This document shows positions 18,182 to 28,317 of a stretch of DNA of 64,000 nt, one piece after another (position 1 is the first letter of the stretch; each line of letters begins with the position of its first letter). The position numbers and the translations under genes were made by a program. The stretch comes from Alistipes sp. (GTDB lineage: Bacteria > Bacteroidota > Bacteroidia > Bacteroidales > Rikenellaceae). The stretch lies in contig JAZOWW010000021.1 of NCBI GenBank assembly GCA_045659425.1, forward strand, positions 8,638-72,637, written 5' to 3'. The notes below the pieces were generated by a model. That model had not been told where the DNA came from, searched no databases, and saw only the letters and a list, made by a program, of their open reading frames with translations.

Positions 18182-20722
18182 CTATCCGCACTTAGAGTAG
18201 CCGCAAGACATACAGGTCAAACATCCGTTCTGGTATGCCATATTCTCCTGACCACACTGCGGGCACTTGCCCTTAGAACGTGTACCGTCCTCGATATACT
18301 GCTTCAAGGCACGCTTAACACCGTTCTTCCAAGTGTTGATATTCTCGTCGTCGAGGTGCAGACCGTCAATAAGCGATACTACCTTCTCGATAGGCATATT
18401 GTAACGCAATACACCCGAAATCAACTTCGCATAGTTCCAGAAACTCTCATCGAACAAACGTGAGATACCACCGATGGTGTTGGTATAACCGTAGCGGTCA
18501 GTATATTGGAAGTCGTAACGCTTTGAGCCATCCTCCTCACGTACCTTCAAGATGTTACCCTTGGTAATTTTTGGAGGGATAAACATTGCATCGTCCTCAA
18601 TCTTACCGGTAAATACCTCGTAAGGACGACCCTCATAAAGACCTACGAATGCAATCCAATCCTCACGACCGTTCTTGAAACGTACCACGTCGGCAGGGAT
18701 TGACTTCGGACGCTTATTCTCGCCTGTTGCAGACTCACACTTTGTCTCCTCTTTCTTTTTACTCTTCTTATCTACGAGTACACCTGCACGGCAACCGTCA
18801 CGATATACGGTAACACCCTTACAGCCACACTCCCAAGCGGTGCGATATACCTCTGCTACCAACTCCTCCGATACATTGTTCGGGAGGTTAACGGTAACCG
18901 AGATCGAGTGGTCAACCCACTTCTGGATAGCACCCTGCATCTTAACCTTGGCAACCCAGTCAATATCGTTTGCAGTAGCCTTGTGGTAAGGCGATGCATT
19001 AACGAGTTTCTCCAACTCCTCGTCGCTCAAAGTTTTGAGGTTGGTAGTGTCGTAGCCGTTGATTGTCAACCAATCCACGAACTTGTGGTGATATACGTTG
19101 TACTCCTCGAATGCCTGTCCCTGCTCGTCGGTGAATGTTGCAACAACATCCTTGTCCGATGGGTTAATCTTACGACGACGCTTATATACAGGACGGAATA
19201 CAGGTTCAATACCCGAAGTGGTCTGCGACATGAGCGAAGTGGTACCGGTAGGAGCAATGGTAAGCATTGCAATGTTACGGCGACCATATTTGAGCATATC
19301 CTCGTAGAGGCTTGGATCAGCCTCCTTCAAGCGGTTAATCATTGGGTTGTTCTTCTCCTTCTCGGCATCGAATACCTGGAATGCACCACGCTCCTTCGCC
19401 ATCATTACAGATGCACGGTAAGCCTCTACGGCCAAAGTCTTGTGTACCTCAACAGCGAACTTCAAGGCCTCGTTCGAACCATAACGCAAGCCCAAAGCGG
19501 CAAGCATATCGCCCTCGGCGGTAATACCCAAACCGGTACGACGGCCCTTCAATGCCATATCCTTAATCTTGCCCCACAACTCCAACTCGACACGACGAAT
19601 ATCCTGATCCTCAGGATCGGCAGCAATCTTCTGCGAGATGAGTTCTACCTTCTCCAATTCGAGGTCGATAATATCGTCCATCAGGTGCATAGCCTTGTGT
19701 ACGTGGCTCTTGAACTTATCGAAGTTGAATGTAGCCTCCTTTGTAAACGGATTCTCTACATAACTGAACAGGTTGATAGCCAACAAACGGCAACTATCGT
19801 AAGGACAGAGCGGAATCTCGCCACAAGGGTTTGTAGATACGGTGGTAAAGCCTTGATCGGCATAGCAGTCAGGCACACTCTCACGAATGATTGTATCCCA
19901 GAACAACACTCCCGGCTCGGCCGACTTCCATGCATTGTGGATAATCTTATCCCAAAGTTGTTTTGCATCTATATTCTGGACATACTTTGGATTGTCGGAC
20001 TTGATTGGGAACTGCTGTGTATATGTGCGACCCTCGATAGCGGCACGCATAAACTCATCATCAACCTTTATTGATACGTTGGCTCCGGTAACTTTGTTAG
20101 TATCGAGTTTAGCGTCGATGAATCTTTCAGCATCAGGGTGCTTGATAGAGAGCGAGAGCATCAATGCTCCACGACGACCATCCTGGGCAACCTCACGTGT
20201 AGAGTTCGAGTAGCGCTCCATGAATGGAACGATACCTGTTGAGGTAAGTGCCGAGTTAAGCACCGGACTTCCGGCAGGGCGGATGTGCGAAAGGTCATGA
20301 CCCACACCGCCACGGCGCTTCATCAACTGCACCTGCTCCTCATCGATACGGAAGATACCTCCGTAAGAGTCAGCCGGATTTTTGTGGCCGATTACAAAGC
20401 AGTTAGAGAGTGAAGCGACCTGGAAGTTATTTCCGATACCGGTCATAGGGCCACCCTGAGGAATCACATAGCGGAAATGGTCGAGCAACTCGAAAATCTC
20501 CTGTTCTGCCAGTGGATTCTCATACTTGTTTTCAATACGTACGAGTTCGGCAGCAAGACGCTGATGCATCTGCTCCGGAGAGGACTCGTAAATGTTTCCG
20601 TAAGAGTCTTTTAACGCATATTTGCTGACCCAAACGGTGGCAGCCAACTCATCACCACCGAAATACTCTTTCGAGGCAGCAACGGCATCTGCATAATTAA
20701 CTTTTTTTGGAGCCTTTGTCAT
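18182..20722 (-). CDS. nrdJ: Adenosylcobalamin-dependent ribonucleoside-diphosphate reductase (class II)
   Basis: 846 aa. SNCFVIG, NPCGEIPL, TIAPTGTTS motifs and a C-terminal Cys-rich zinc ribbon (CPQCG...CLTCMSCGYSKCG). Confidence 0.92.
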   Translation of the reverse strand: MTKAPKKVNYADAVAASKEYFGGDELAATVWVSKYALKDSYGNIYESSPEQMHQRLAAELVRIENKYENPLAEQEIFELLDHFRYVIPQGGPMTGIGNNFQVASLSNCFVIGHKNPADSYGGIFRIDEEQVQLMKRRGGVGHDLSHIRPAGSPVLNSALTSTGIVPFMERYSNSTREVAQDGRRGALMLSLSIKHPDAERFIDAKLDTNKVTGANVSIKVDDEFMRAAIEGRTYTQQFPIKSDNPKYVQNIDAKQLWDKIIHNAWKSAEPGVLFWDTIIRESVPDCYADQGFTTVSTNPCGEIPLCPYDSCRLLAINLFSYVENPFTKEATFNFDKFKSHVHKAMHLMDDIIDLELEKVELISQKIAADPEDQDIRRVELELWGKIKDMALKGRRTGLGITAEGDMLAALGLRYGSNEALKFAVEVHKTLAVEAYRASVMMAKERGAFQVFDAEKEKNNPMINRLKEADPSLYEDMLKYGRRNIAMLTIAPTGTTSLMSQTTSGIEPVFRPVYKRRRKINPSDKDVVATFTDEQGQAFEEYNVYHHKFVDWLTINGYDTTNLKTLSDEELEKLVNASPYHKATANDIDWVAKVKMQGAIQKWVDHSISVTVNLPNNVSEELVAEVYRTAWECGCKGVTVYRDGCRAGVLVDKKSKKKEETKCESATGENKRPKSIPADVVRFKNGREDWIAFVGLYEGRPYEVFTGKIEDDAMFIPPKITKGNILKVREEDGSKRYDFQYTDRYGYTNTIGGISRLFDESFWNYAKLISGVLRYNMPIEKVVSLIDGLHLDDENINTWKNGVKRALKQYIEDGTRSKGKCPQCGQENMAYQNGCLTCMSCGYSKCG

Positions 20723-20764
20723 AATTTATATATTTATTTTATTGTAATTCAAACTGTTACAGGA

Positions 20765-20790
20765 CAAAATAGCCCCATTAAGGGGCTTTT
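20765..20790 (-). terminator. Intrinsic terminator downstream of the nucleoside hydrolase gene
   Basis: AGCCCC-loop-GGGGCT hairpin with flanking T-run on the minus strand. Confidence 0.55.
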
Positions 20791-20892
20791 GTTCTACCAC
20801 AAAGATAGAGGCTTTACGGTGAACTTGTCTATTTTTTTTGGTGGCCTTTTTCGACAACTTATTAACAATTATCGCAAAACCGCTCTGGATGC

Positions 20893-21924
20893 TTATTGGA
20901 GGCTTGTTGGCTCTTGAAAATTTTTCGGTTTTCTGCGAGTCAGTTCTACGATGCGGTGCATAATCTTCATACGTTGCACATCGTTTACCTTATAATATTG
21001 TCTGTTCGACTTGCAATCCCTGATAAAATGGGTAATTGAGCCCTGGTCCACGGTTACATATCCACGAGGCGAGAGTGAAGCGTATCCCTTGCCGGCCTCC
21101 ACAGCAAACAACACTGCGGTAGGGTCCCAGGTTGGACGGTTGTACGGCATCTTGGCATAGAACTCATGCGCCACAAGAGCCGGATGGTTCTTCATGTACG
21201 AGAAACTGTTGTAAATCTCCTGGTACGGATATAAAATAGAGTTACCTATGGTAAAATCGGTAAACAGCATCGGCACCGGGCACTCGGCAAAAAATCGCAC
21301 AGCAGCCTCATGATCCTTGTACACGTTATACTCCTTCTTGCGCTCCGAGAAGTTGCCCGCCATGATAACCACCTGCTTTACCTTTCGACGCATCAACTCC
21401 TTGCCGTCTAACTCCGAGTACTCGTCTCCCTTTGAATAGACCAAACGTTTGAGGTTTGTCGAGAATCCCACAGCGATAATGGTCACCTCGCCATCTTTTG
21501 CTTCCGAGAGTAGGCGACGCAACAAAAGGTATCCGTCAGGCACGGTCGAGTAGTCTTGAATAGTGTGCGGATAGTCTTGAAACTGAGTCGTATGGTCGGC
21601 ATAGTTAAATGGTTTGCTTGTATCGACGAAGTTCTCCTCCGGATAGTCGTATGCCAAGCCGATAGGAGTATTAGGGTAGCCATAGACGTTGTTCATAATA
21701 TCAATCATCTTTACACTGCTTTCCTTGCGCTTGCTCGACAACACGCCGAGCAGGTTAATATCTCCGCTATCCTGATATTTGTAGAGCATATCCAAGGCAA
21801 TCACATCATCTACGTCGTTACCCATATCTGTATCGAAGATGACCTTCATAGGCTCACGGGCAACGGTTGTATTGATGGCTGCACATGCCACAAAGAGCGA
21901 AAAGAGTCTAAATATTGTTTTCAT
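20893..21924 (-). CDS. Nucleoside hydrolase family protein (secreted)
   Basis: Signal peptide and the N-terminal Asp cluster VIFDTDMGNDVDDVIAL. Confidence 0.8.
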   Translation of the reverse strand: MKTIFRLFSLFVACAAINTTVAREPMKVIFDTDMGNDVDDVIALDMLYKYQDSGDINLLGVLSSKRKESSVKMIDIMNNVYGYPNTPIGLAYDYPEENFVDTSKPFNYADHTTQFQDYPHTIQDYSTVPDGYLLLRRLLSEAKDGEVTIIAVGFSTNLKRLVYSKGDEYSELDGKELMRRKVKQVVIMAGNFSERKKEYNVYKDHEAAVRFFAECPVPMLFTDFTIGNSILYPYQEIYNSFSYMKNHPALVAHEFYAKMPYNRPTWDPTAVLFAVEAGKGYASLSPRGYVTVDQGSITHFIRDCKSNRQYYKVNDVQRMKIMHRIVELTRRKPKNFQEPTSLQ

Positions 21925-22020
21925 ATCTGCATATGATAAAATTAGTGATTACAAATATATGGATTTTATCGAAATGTTACTAATTTTGTAGTGGTTTTTA
22001 TTTGCAAATACTGACAAACT

Positions 22021-22791
22021 ATGACTGCTCTATATCCTAATATTATATATGGTCCGGTACGTTCTCGCCGCTTGGGACTATCGCTGGGTGTTAATCTTCT
22101 GCCACTTACATCGAAATTGTGCAGTTTCGATTGCATCTACTGCGAGTGCGGGTGGAATGACGAGCATCGTGGCGAGCGCCGATTCAACACCAGAGAGCAG
22201 GTACGAGAGGCGTTGGAGGCGACGCTTGTTCGTATGTCGGAGGAGGGCGCATTACCCGATGTGATTACATTTGCCGGCAATGGCGAACCAACGATGCATC
22301 CTGATTTTGAGAGCATTATAGATGATACCCTGACGCTGCGAGATCGTTATGCCCCAAACGCAAAGGTTTCGGTTTTGAGCAATGCAACACAACTGCATCG
22401 CAAGAGCGTGTGTGACGCATTACGCCGTGTAGATAATAATATTCTCAAACTCGATTCGGCCTTTGATGCAACGGTGCAGGCGATGAATAAGCCGTGCGGA
22501 AATTATACGGTTGCCCGAACAATCGAGTATCTGAGATCATTTGAAGGTAATCTCATCGTACAGACGATGTTTCTGCGAGGAGAGTGTGACGGCAAGCATA
22601 TTGACAACTCTACAAAAGAGGAGGTTGAGGCTTGGTTGAGAGTAATAGGAGAGATTGCTCCCCGTCAGGTTATGATCTACTCAATCGCTCGTGATACTCC
22701 ATGCCAGAGCCTCGAAAAGGTCTCGAAAGAGGAGTTGGAGCGCATTGCCGAGCAGGTTTCTACGCTTGGTATATCCTGCTCGGTAGCCTAA
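22021..22791 (+). CDS. Radical SAM protein
   Basis: CSFDCIYCECG is a CxxxCxxC cluster near the N-terminus. FAGNGEPTMHP also present. Confidence 0.8.
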   Translation: MTALYPNIIYGPVRSRRLGLSLGVNLLPLTSKLCSFDCIYCECGWNDEHRGERRFNTREQVREALEATLVRMSEEGALPDVITFAGNGEPTMHPDFESIIDDTLTLRDRYAPNAKVSVLSNATQLHRKSVCDALRRVDNNILKLDSAFDATVQAMNKPCGNYTVARTIEYLRSFEGNLIVQTMFLRGECDGKHIDNSTKEEVEAWLRVIGEIAPRQVMIYSIARDTPCQSLEKVSKEELERIAEQVSTLGISCSVA

Positions 22792-22885
22792 AAATATCAC
22801 TTTATCTACATTTTTTCGGAGTTTTCGGAGAATAACGCAGTGCCGTTTAGTACTAATTTTGCAGTCGGTTAGAAAAACGGTTTAT

Positions 22886-24196
22886 ATGCAGCAAATCGAA
22901 TTATGGATGCTTATACCATTTGGTGTAATGCTCCTCTCTATTGCAGTGGCTCCACTCATAGCCCCACGCTGGTGGGATAAAAATATCAACAAACTGCTCT
23001 ATACGTTGCTCGTAGCCATTCCTACGGCCATCTTATTGGTAAAGTATGGACTTGGCGAGCCGCTCATGGAGCAGATATTGGAAGACTATATCCCATTTAT
23101 CGTACTGCTTGCGACACTCTTTGTCGTAACGGGCGGCATCAAGGTTCACTACTCTACGCCCCCTACGCCATTAGCCAACAGCATAATGCTTATTATCGGT
23201 TACTGCATTGCCTCGTTGGTAGGCACTACGGGTGCTGCAATGTTGCTCATCAGACCGCTATTGGAGATAAATCGTCAGCGTACGCACAAGGCGCATACGG
23301 TTATGTTCTTTATTGCCATGGTGGCAAACTGTGGAGGTGTGTTGTCGCCACTTGGTGACCCGCCGTTGTTCCTGCTCTATTTGCGAGGAGCCTCCTTCGG
23401 GTGGTTTCAGTCGATGTATGAGCAGTGGGCTTTTGTGGGCAGCTGCCTTCTCGTGATATATTTCCTAATCGATACCTATATATATAAAACAAAGGAGTTG
23501 ATAGGTATTCGCCCTTATGCCGAGGATGAAGAGGATGAGCCGATAACATTTTCGATTAGTGGCGGTATCAACGCCCTGTTTTTGGTAGCGACCATAGCCG
23601 CTGTGGCACTTCTCAACGGCTCAACTATACCGGCAATGGATGTCAAAGGGGCTCCAATACTTCTACATCACTTGCGAGAGGTTGTTCTATGTGTAATTAT
23701 GGCTCTCTCGCTAATCTTTACAGGCAAAAATGTAAGACGAGAGAATCACTTCTCATGGGAGCCGATTACTGAGGTGGCGATAATCTTTATCGGCATATTC
23801 GTAACTATGACCCCTGCAATGATATACCTCAACGCCAATGCTGCGGCGCTTAATATAGATACTCCTGCGCAGTTCTACTATGCTGCGGGTGCGCTCTCTT
23901 CCTTCTTGGATAACGCTCCAACGGCCGTAGCCTTTCATACTGTGGCATCGGGTCTGCCGGCAGTCGAGGGAGTGCCGATTGTCGCAGGTATTGCCGAGCC
24001 GCTACTTACGGCCATATCGCTTGGTGCTGTGCTGTTTGGTGCGATGACATACATCGGCAATGGCCCTAACTTTATGGTCAAGGCGATAGCCGAGAATGAT
24101 GGTATAAGAATGCCATCCTTCTTTGGTTATATCGTCAAGTTCTCGTTGCCGGTACTTCTGCCGATATATATACTTTTGCAGATAATCTTTTTTTAG
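22886..24196 (+). CDS. Sodium:proton antiporter-like permease (ArsB/NhaD superfamily)
   Basis: Polytopic membrane protein of about 436 aa. FLDNAPTA and GNGPNFMVK motifs are typical of this permease family. Start trimmed to the second ATG. Confidence 0.65.
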   Translation: MQQIELWMLIPFGVMLLSIAVAPLIAPRWWDKNINKLLYTLLVAIPTAILLVKYGLGEPLMEQILEDYIPFIVLLATLFVVTGGIKVHYSTPPTPLANSIMLIIGYCIASLVGTTGAAMLLIRPLLEINRQRTHKAHTVMFFIAMVANCGGVLSPLGDPPLFLLYLRGASFGWFQSMYEQWAFVGSCLLVIYFLIDTYIYKTKELIGIRPYAEDEEDEPITFSISGGINALFLVATIAAVALLNGSTIPAMDVKGAPILLHHLREVVLCVIMALSLIFTGKNVRRENHFSWEPITEVAIIFIGIFVTMTPAMIYLNANAAALNIDTPAQFYYAAGALSSFLDNAPTAVAFHTVASGLPAVEGVPIVAGIAEPLLTAISLGAVLFGAMTYIGNGPNFMVKAIAENDGIRMPSFFGYIVKFSLPVLLPIYILLQIIFF

Positions 24197-24209
24197 ATGT
24201 GCAAGCAGA

Positions 24210-24500
24210 CTACTGCACAATAAGACTCTTTACGATATAAAATCCTGCCTCCTGATTGAGTGCCGAGGTCAGAGCCTCACGTTGCATCATCAACTCTTGG
24301 CGGATTACGCTCGATGAGATGTGAACGTACAACACGCCTCGTACTAAACGCACTTGTCGTGTCTGCGCCGCTACTACGGGACCTACGACCTTGCGCCAAG
24401 TCTCGGGTATTGAGCCTTCGGCAATTTTTATTGCTATGTCGGGACTGCGGAAGAGTTCTTTGAGCAGAGCGCCGACGGGTTGTGCTTTTCGTGGTTTCAT
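24210..24500 (-). CDS. DUF721-domain protein (recF-associated)
   Basis: 96 aa, immediately downstream of recF as in most bacteria. The central segment ...VRGVLYVHISSSVIRQEL... fits this family. Confidence 0.75.
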   Translation of the reverse strand: MKPRKAQPVGALLKELFRSPDIAIKIAEGSIPETWRKVVGPVVAAQTRQVRLVRGVLYVHISSSVIRQELMMQREALTSALNQEAGFYIVKSLIVQ

Positions 24501-24502
24501 CT

Positions 24503-25627
24503 CTACTCCGCAGTGTCGGTTGAGGTTGGCTCGTTATCCTGACCCAAGACCTTACCGTAGGTTACATCAAATATCTTGTGGGAGCATCCGCTATTCTGCA
24601 ACAGACGCTCCATTCGCTCACGATTACAATCCGTGATTACAATCTGACCAAACTCCTCGCCTGATACCAGACGCAGCAATTCGCCGACACGTCCTTCGTC
24701 CAACTTGTCGAAGACATCGTCAAGCAACAATATAGGTACCTGCCCCGTCTGCTTATGGATAATGTGGTATTGGGCGAGTTTCAGTGCTATGATGAAGGAC
24801 TTTTGCTGTCCCTGTGAGCCATACTTTCTTAGCGGCATACCGCCAATAGTAAGTACGATGTCATCACGATGTAATCCGCAGGTTGTAAAGCCATTAGCCA
24901 AATCACGGCCTCGGGACTCTGCCAAAACCTCCATCATTGGTTTCTCGTTTAGTTCCGAACGATAAGCGAGTGAAACCTCCTCTCTGTCGCCTGAAAGAGC
25001 CTTGTAATATTCACAAACTACGGGCAGCAGTTGCTCAACCATCTGTTGACGTGCCTCGTGAATTTTTCCCGATACGGCAGCCAACTGTTGGTCGTAAATC
25101 TGTAACATATACTCCTCGGAGCCCATCTTCAAGTACTTGTTACGTGTGGCAAGCACCTCGTTGTAGCGGATAATTGCCGAGAGATATTCGTTGTCAAGTT
25201 GCGAGATAAAGGCGTTGAGATAGCGACGACGCTCCTCGGCCGCATCGGTAATAAGCACGGAGTCTGCCGGTGAAACAATAACCACAGGGATAAGACCCAC
25301 ATGCTCTGACAGACGTTCGTATGCTTTTCCGTTGCGCTTCATCACCTTTTGCGCTCCACGCTGGAAGGTGCAACTTATCTGTTCACGTCGCTGTTCGGGT
25401 GTCGTATAACTGCCCTCGATAACGAAGAAGTTTTCGCCGTGGCGGATGCACTGACCATCACTCATGCCAAGTGCCGACTTGCACATCGAAAGATAGTAGA
25501 TGGCATCGACAATATTGGTCTTGCAGGTTCCATTGTTACCGACAAAGCAGTTTATCCCCTGCTCCAACTGCAACGACTCCTGCTCCAAATTCTTGAAGTT
25601 TATGAGTGACAACTTTTGTAGAAACAT
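24503..25627 (-). CDS. recF: DNA replication and repair protein RecF
   Basis: LSLINFKN...FVGNNGTCKTNIVDAIY (Walker A)...SQGQQKS (signature)...LLLDDVFDKLD (Walker B). Confidence 0.92.
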   Translation of the reverse strand: MFLQKLSLINFKNLEQESLQLEQGINCFVGNNGTCKTNIVDAIYYLSMCKSALGMSDGQCIRHGENFFVIEGSYTTPEQRREQISCTFQRGAQKVMKRNGKAYERLSEHVGLIPVVIVSPADSVLITDAAEERRRYLNAFISQLDNEYLSAIIRYNEVLATRNKYLKMGSEEYMLQIYDQQLAAVSGKIHEARQQMVEQLLPVVCEYYKALSGDREEVSLAYRSELNEKPMMEVLAESRGRDLANGFTTCGLHRDDIVLTIGGMPLRKYGSQGQQKSFIIALKLAQYHIIHKQTGQVPILLLDDVFDKLDEGRVGELLRLVSGEEFGQIVITDCNRERMERLLQNSGCSHKIFDVTYGKVLGQDNEPTSTDTAE

Positions 25628-25695
25628 CCTCTCCTCGTTTTTTCTCTATATCAAACGCTGTTGGTCTAAATTGCCTCTTTCGCACTCTCGGCTGA

Positions 25696-26892
25696 CTAAA
25701 ATATTGCCGTAACGAGCACTTTTACAACGCTGCCGAAGTGATTGTTATTCTTGAAGGTATAGTTTATGCGCTGCTCCAACGAGTAGGCAACCTGTATGCG
25801 GCAATACTTTACGGGATAGTATCCCAAACAAGCGGTGTATCGCATATCTACGTGGGCATTTGCCGAGTCACGCTTAACATAGTCGAATACATCACGACAG
25901 AAGTAGTCTGCCATAAGGCACGGCTGCAAAACTCCTGCTTGCTTTGGCAGTGTAAAACTATAACCTCCCTTGATATATGCACCCTCCGAGACGAGATTTC
26001 CTGTCATACCTGCGAGGTACTCGGCACCTGCAAAAACCTTCTTGTTGTCAAACTTGAAGCCTCCGCCCCAACGGTGCATATCGACATATCGTGGGTTGCC
26101 GTTCCACTTGTAGTCGGCAAAATTCTCATACTTCTCAAAGTTTGCCTCTCCCCATTGGTAGTAGGTTGCCAACATAAGGTTGGCGGTTGGCTTGATAGTT
26201 ATACGAGCAAATATATCTTTGCTGCTATTATTATCTTTTGTATTGATACCGTTGCCGTTAAGCACACCTATATTATAGTTGATTATGCTGAAACCGTCAC
26301 GATGCAAAAAACCTCCGAAGAGTTGGAATCCGCAATCTCTGGCCGTTGTACTCATGCCCGATACATCGCCGCTGCCATTCTTTGCAAGGTTGCAGGTAAC
26401 ATAGGCGTAGTCAATAGCCTCGTTATCCTTACCACTGATACTTGCATCGAAAGTTACAGGATTCTTGAACTGTCCGAACTGGACACCAAACTCCTTAACC
26501 GGCTGATAGCGCAACCATAGGTCAAGTATCGGATTTGGCGTGCGTACGAAATCGACAAAGAGGCGATAGTCCAATTTTGCACCCTTTGCACCACGATACA
26601 GGTCGCCGGTCAGAGATACTCTTGCACGGCGGAGGTGGAATGTCGATGTGCCGACAGGGTTATCTCCCTCACGATCGTCATTCCAATCGTAGGCACCCTG
26701 AATAAATCCTGTGACCTTAAAATATTGTTTAAGTTTCTCCAATCGCTGGATACGTTTGTCCTGCGCATCCAACTGCTGGTTGAGAGTCGCAATTTTATTG
26801 TCGATAGCCTCGGAGATTACGCCCTCTTGTGCCGAAACCTTGGTTATTGACAGTGAAACAATAACGAGAAGTGTGTATAAAAATTTCTTCAT
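25696..26892 (-). CDS. Porin (phosphate-selective porin O/P-like)
   Basis: Signal peptide, N-terminal coiled coil, FHLRRARVSLTGDL motif, and beta-strand alternation ending in an aromatic residue. Confidence 0.7.
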   Translation of the reverse strand: MKKFLYTLLVIVSLSITKVSAQEGVISEAIDNKIATLNQQLDAQDKRIQRLEKLKQYFKVTGFIQGAYDWNDDREGDNPVGTSTFHLRRARVSLTGDLYRGAKGAKLDYRLFVDFVRTPNPILDLWLRYQPVKEFGVQFGQFKNPVTFDASISGKDNEAIDYAYVTCNLAKNGSGDVSGMSTTARDCGFQLFGGFLHRDGFSIINYNIGVLNGNGINTKDNNSSKDIFARITIKPTANLMLATYYQWGEANFEKYENFADYKWNGNPRYVDMHRWGGGFKFDNKKVFAGAEYLAGMTGNLVSEGAYIKGGYSFTLPKQAGVLQPCLMADYFCRDVFDYVKRDSANAHVDMRYTACLGYYPVKYCRIQVAYSLEQRINYTFKNNNHFGSVVKVLVTAIF

Positions 26893-27100
26893 AATCTTTT
26901 GTGTTGTATAGATGTCGCAAAGATACGTAATAAATATATATTTAACGACTTATATGAATCCAAAATGAAAAATCTTGTAGATTTTTAGTTGCGACATCCC
27001 TCTTTTTTCAAAAAAAAGTCATCTACCACTCGGAATATTGAGTAAAAAATTATATTTTTGCAGATTGAGAAAATAAAAACAATTAAATACAAGAAAAATT

Positions 27101-27787
27101 ATGGCAAAGAATGTTGAAAACCCACAGGAGGCAGTTGTTGCCGAGGCTGTGAGCAAAACTGAAACTTTTTTTGAGAACAATGGCAAGAAGATTGTCATTG
27201 CATTGGTAGTATTGGTACTTTTGGTAGCAGGTGGTTACACCTACAAGACATTGGTACTTGATCGTGGTGCTGAGCGTGCAGCAGAACTTATCGTTGAGGC
27301 TCAGAACCGCTTCGCAGTTGAGAACCCTGACTTCGCACTCGCTCTCAACGGTGACGAGGCTGGTGCAGGCTTCCTCGATGTTGTAGAGCAGTATGGCTCA
27401 ACTCCATCAGGTAACCTGGCAAAGCACTACGCAGGTGTTTGCTACCTTCGTCTTGGTGATTTGGAGAATGCCGAGAAGTATTTGGCACAGTACAACTCTG
27501 TATCAGGTCTGCCGGGAGAGGTGCTTAACGCACAGAACCTCGGTTTGCGTGGTGATATAGCAGTAGAGAAGGGTGATTTGGAGGGTGCAGTTGCTCTCTT
27601 CGGTAAGGCTGTAAAGGCTTCTGCAAACAACTATACCGCTCCGCTCTACACCTACAAGAAGGCGTTGGTATTGGCTGCTCTTGGTGACAAGGCTGGTGTT
27701 GAGGCTTGCTACGACTTCCTCAAAGCAAACTACACTAACGCTACCGAGACTCGTGATGTAGAGAAACTTGCAGGTTCATTGCAGTAA
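27101..27787 (+). CDS. Membrane-anchored tetratricopeptide-repeat protein (YfgM-like)
   Basis: N-terminal TM segment (IVIALVVLVLLVAGGY) followed by TPR-like helices. TATTTTTG box at 27051-27058 (tatatttttgcag). Confidence 0.65.
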   Translation: MAKNVENPQEAVVAEAVSKTETFFENNGKKIVIALVVLVLLVAGGYTYKTLVLDRGAERAAELIVEAQNRFAVENPDFALALNGDEAGAGFLDVVEQYGSTPSGNLAKHYAGVCYLRLGDLENAEKYLAQYNSVSGLPGEVLNAQNLGLRGDIAVEKGDLEGAVALFGKAVKASANNYTAPLYTYKKALVLAALGDKAGVEACYDFLKANYTNATETRDVEKLAGSLQ

Positions 27788-27817
27788 CAGAGGATTTAAT
27801 ACAGTATAATTAAACGG

Positions 27818-28240
27818 ATGATTTCGGTATCGGAGATACGCATAGGTCTTGTTGTCACAGATGATGTGACAGGACGAGAATATGCCTCGGAGGTCTACAA
27901 GGAGTTGCTCAAAAAGGGATGTGCAGAGGCTAATATTACCCTCAAATATGTTCCTTCGGCATTCCATCTGCCTCTGGGAACTCTCTTCTTTGCCGAATAT
28001 ACAGACGTGGATTGTGTCGTAACCGTTTGCGACGAGTATAATGAGGCGGTAGCCAAGGAGTTGCTCGAATTGCAGATTCAGTGGAATATGCCAATCGAGT
28101 ACGTACACTCCGAGCACAAGCACGGCGGCGACAATATTATATATATGGTACAACTTCAAGGCGAGATGGCGGGCGAGATTACCGAGGAGCAGGGATGCGT
28201 TCCTTCCGCTCCGCAAATACGCAAGGAGAGTATCAATTAA
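27818..28240 (+). CDS. Divergent lumazine synthase (RibH)-like protein, probably not catalytic
   Basis: IRIGLVVTDDVTG...LKYVPSAFHLPLG...DCVVTVC mirrors the RibH pattern RIGIVVS.WN...VPGAFELP...DAVI.LG. The G-(T/S)-x-H-F segment is missing and the protein is short at 140 aa. Confidence 0.45.
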   Translation: MISVSEIRIGLVVTDDVTGREYASEVYKELLKKGCAEANITLKYVPSAFHLPLGTLFFAEYTDVDCVVTVCDEYNEAVAKELLELQIQWNMPIEYVHSEHKHGGDNIIYMVQLQGEMAGEITEEQGCVPSAPQIRKESIN

Positions 28241-28262
28241 ATCTTACATACCAAGAATAGAA

Positions 28263-28294
28263 AGGGGCTGTCCAACAAGTTTGTGACAGCCCCT
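28263..28294. terminator. Bidirectional terminator between ribH-like gene and cysS
   Basis: AGGGGCTGTC-loop-GACAGCCCCT. Confidence 0.7.
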
Positions 28295-28317
28295 TCTGTT
28301 TAAGAATATGTAAAGAA

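Noticed and set aside
18908-20074. Long plus-strand ORF (388 aa) inside nrdJ. Similar antisense ORFs occur at 16095-16799, 25738-26520 and 43388-44008.
   Set aside because: Each lies antisense to a gene with strong, recognisable conserved motifs. Their translations are low-complexity or Leu/Val/Ile-rich with no motifs. They are typical shadow ORFs.
20723-20892. Cobalamin riboswitch or other leader upstream of nrdJ.
   Set aside because: I could not find a B12-box-like sequence. The only clear structure there is the terminator hairpin of the upstream gene.
26912-26996. 9-bp inverted repeat ATGTCGCAA / TTGCGACAT in the divergent porin/TPR promoter region.
   Set aside because: It is short and lies in an AT-rich divergent promoter region where such matches are common. 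One arm simply overlaps the porin TATCTTTG promoter box. The evidence is not strong enough for a regulatory call.
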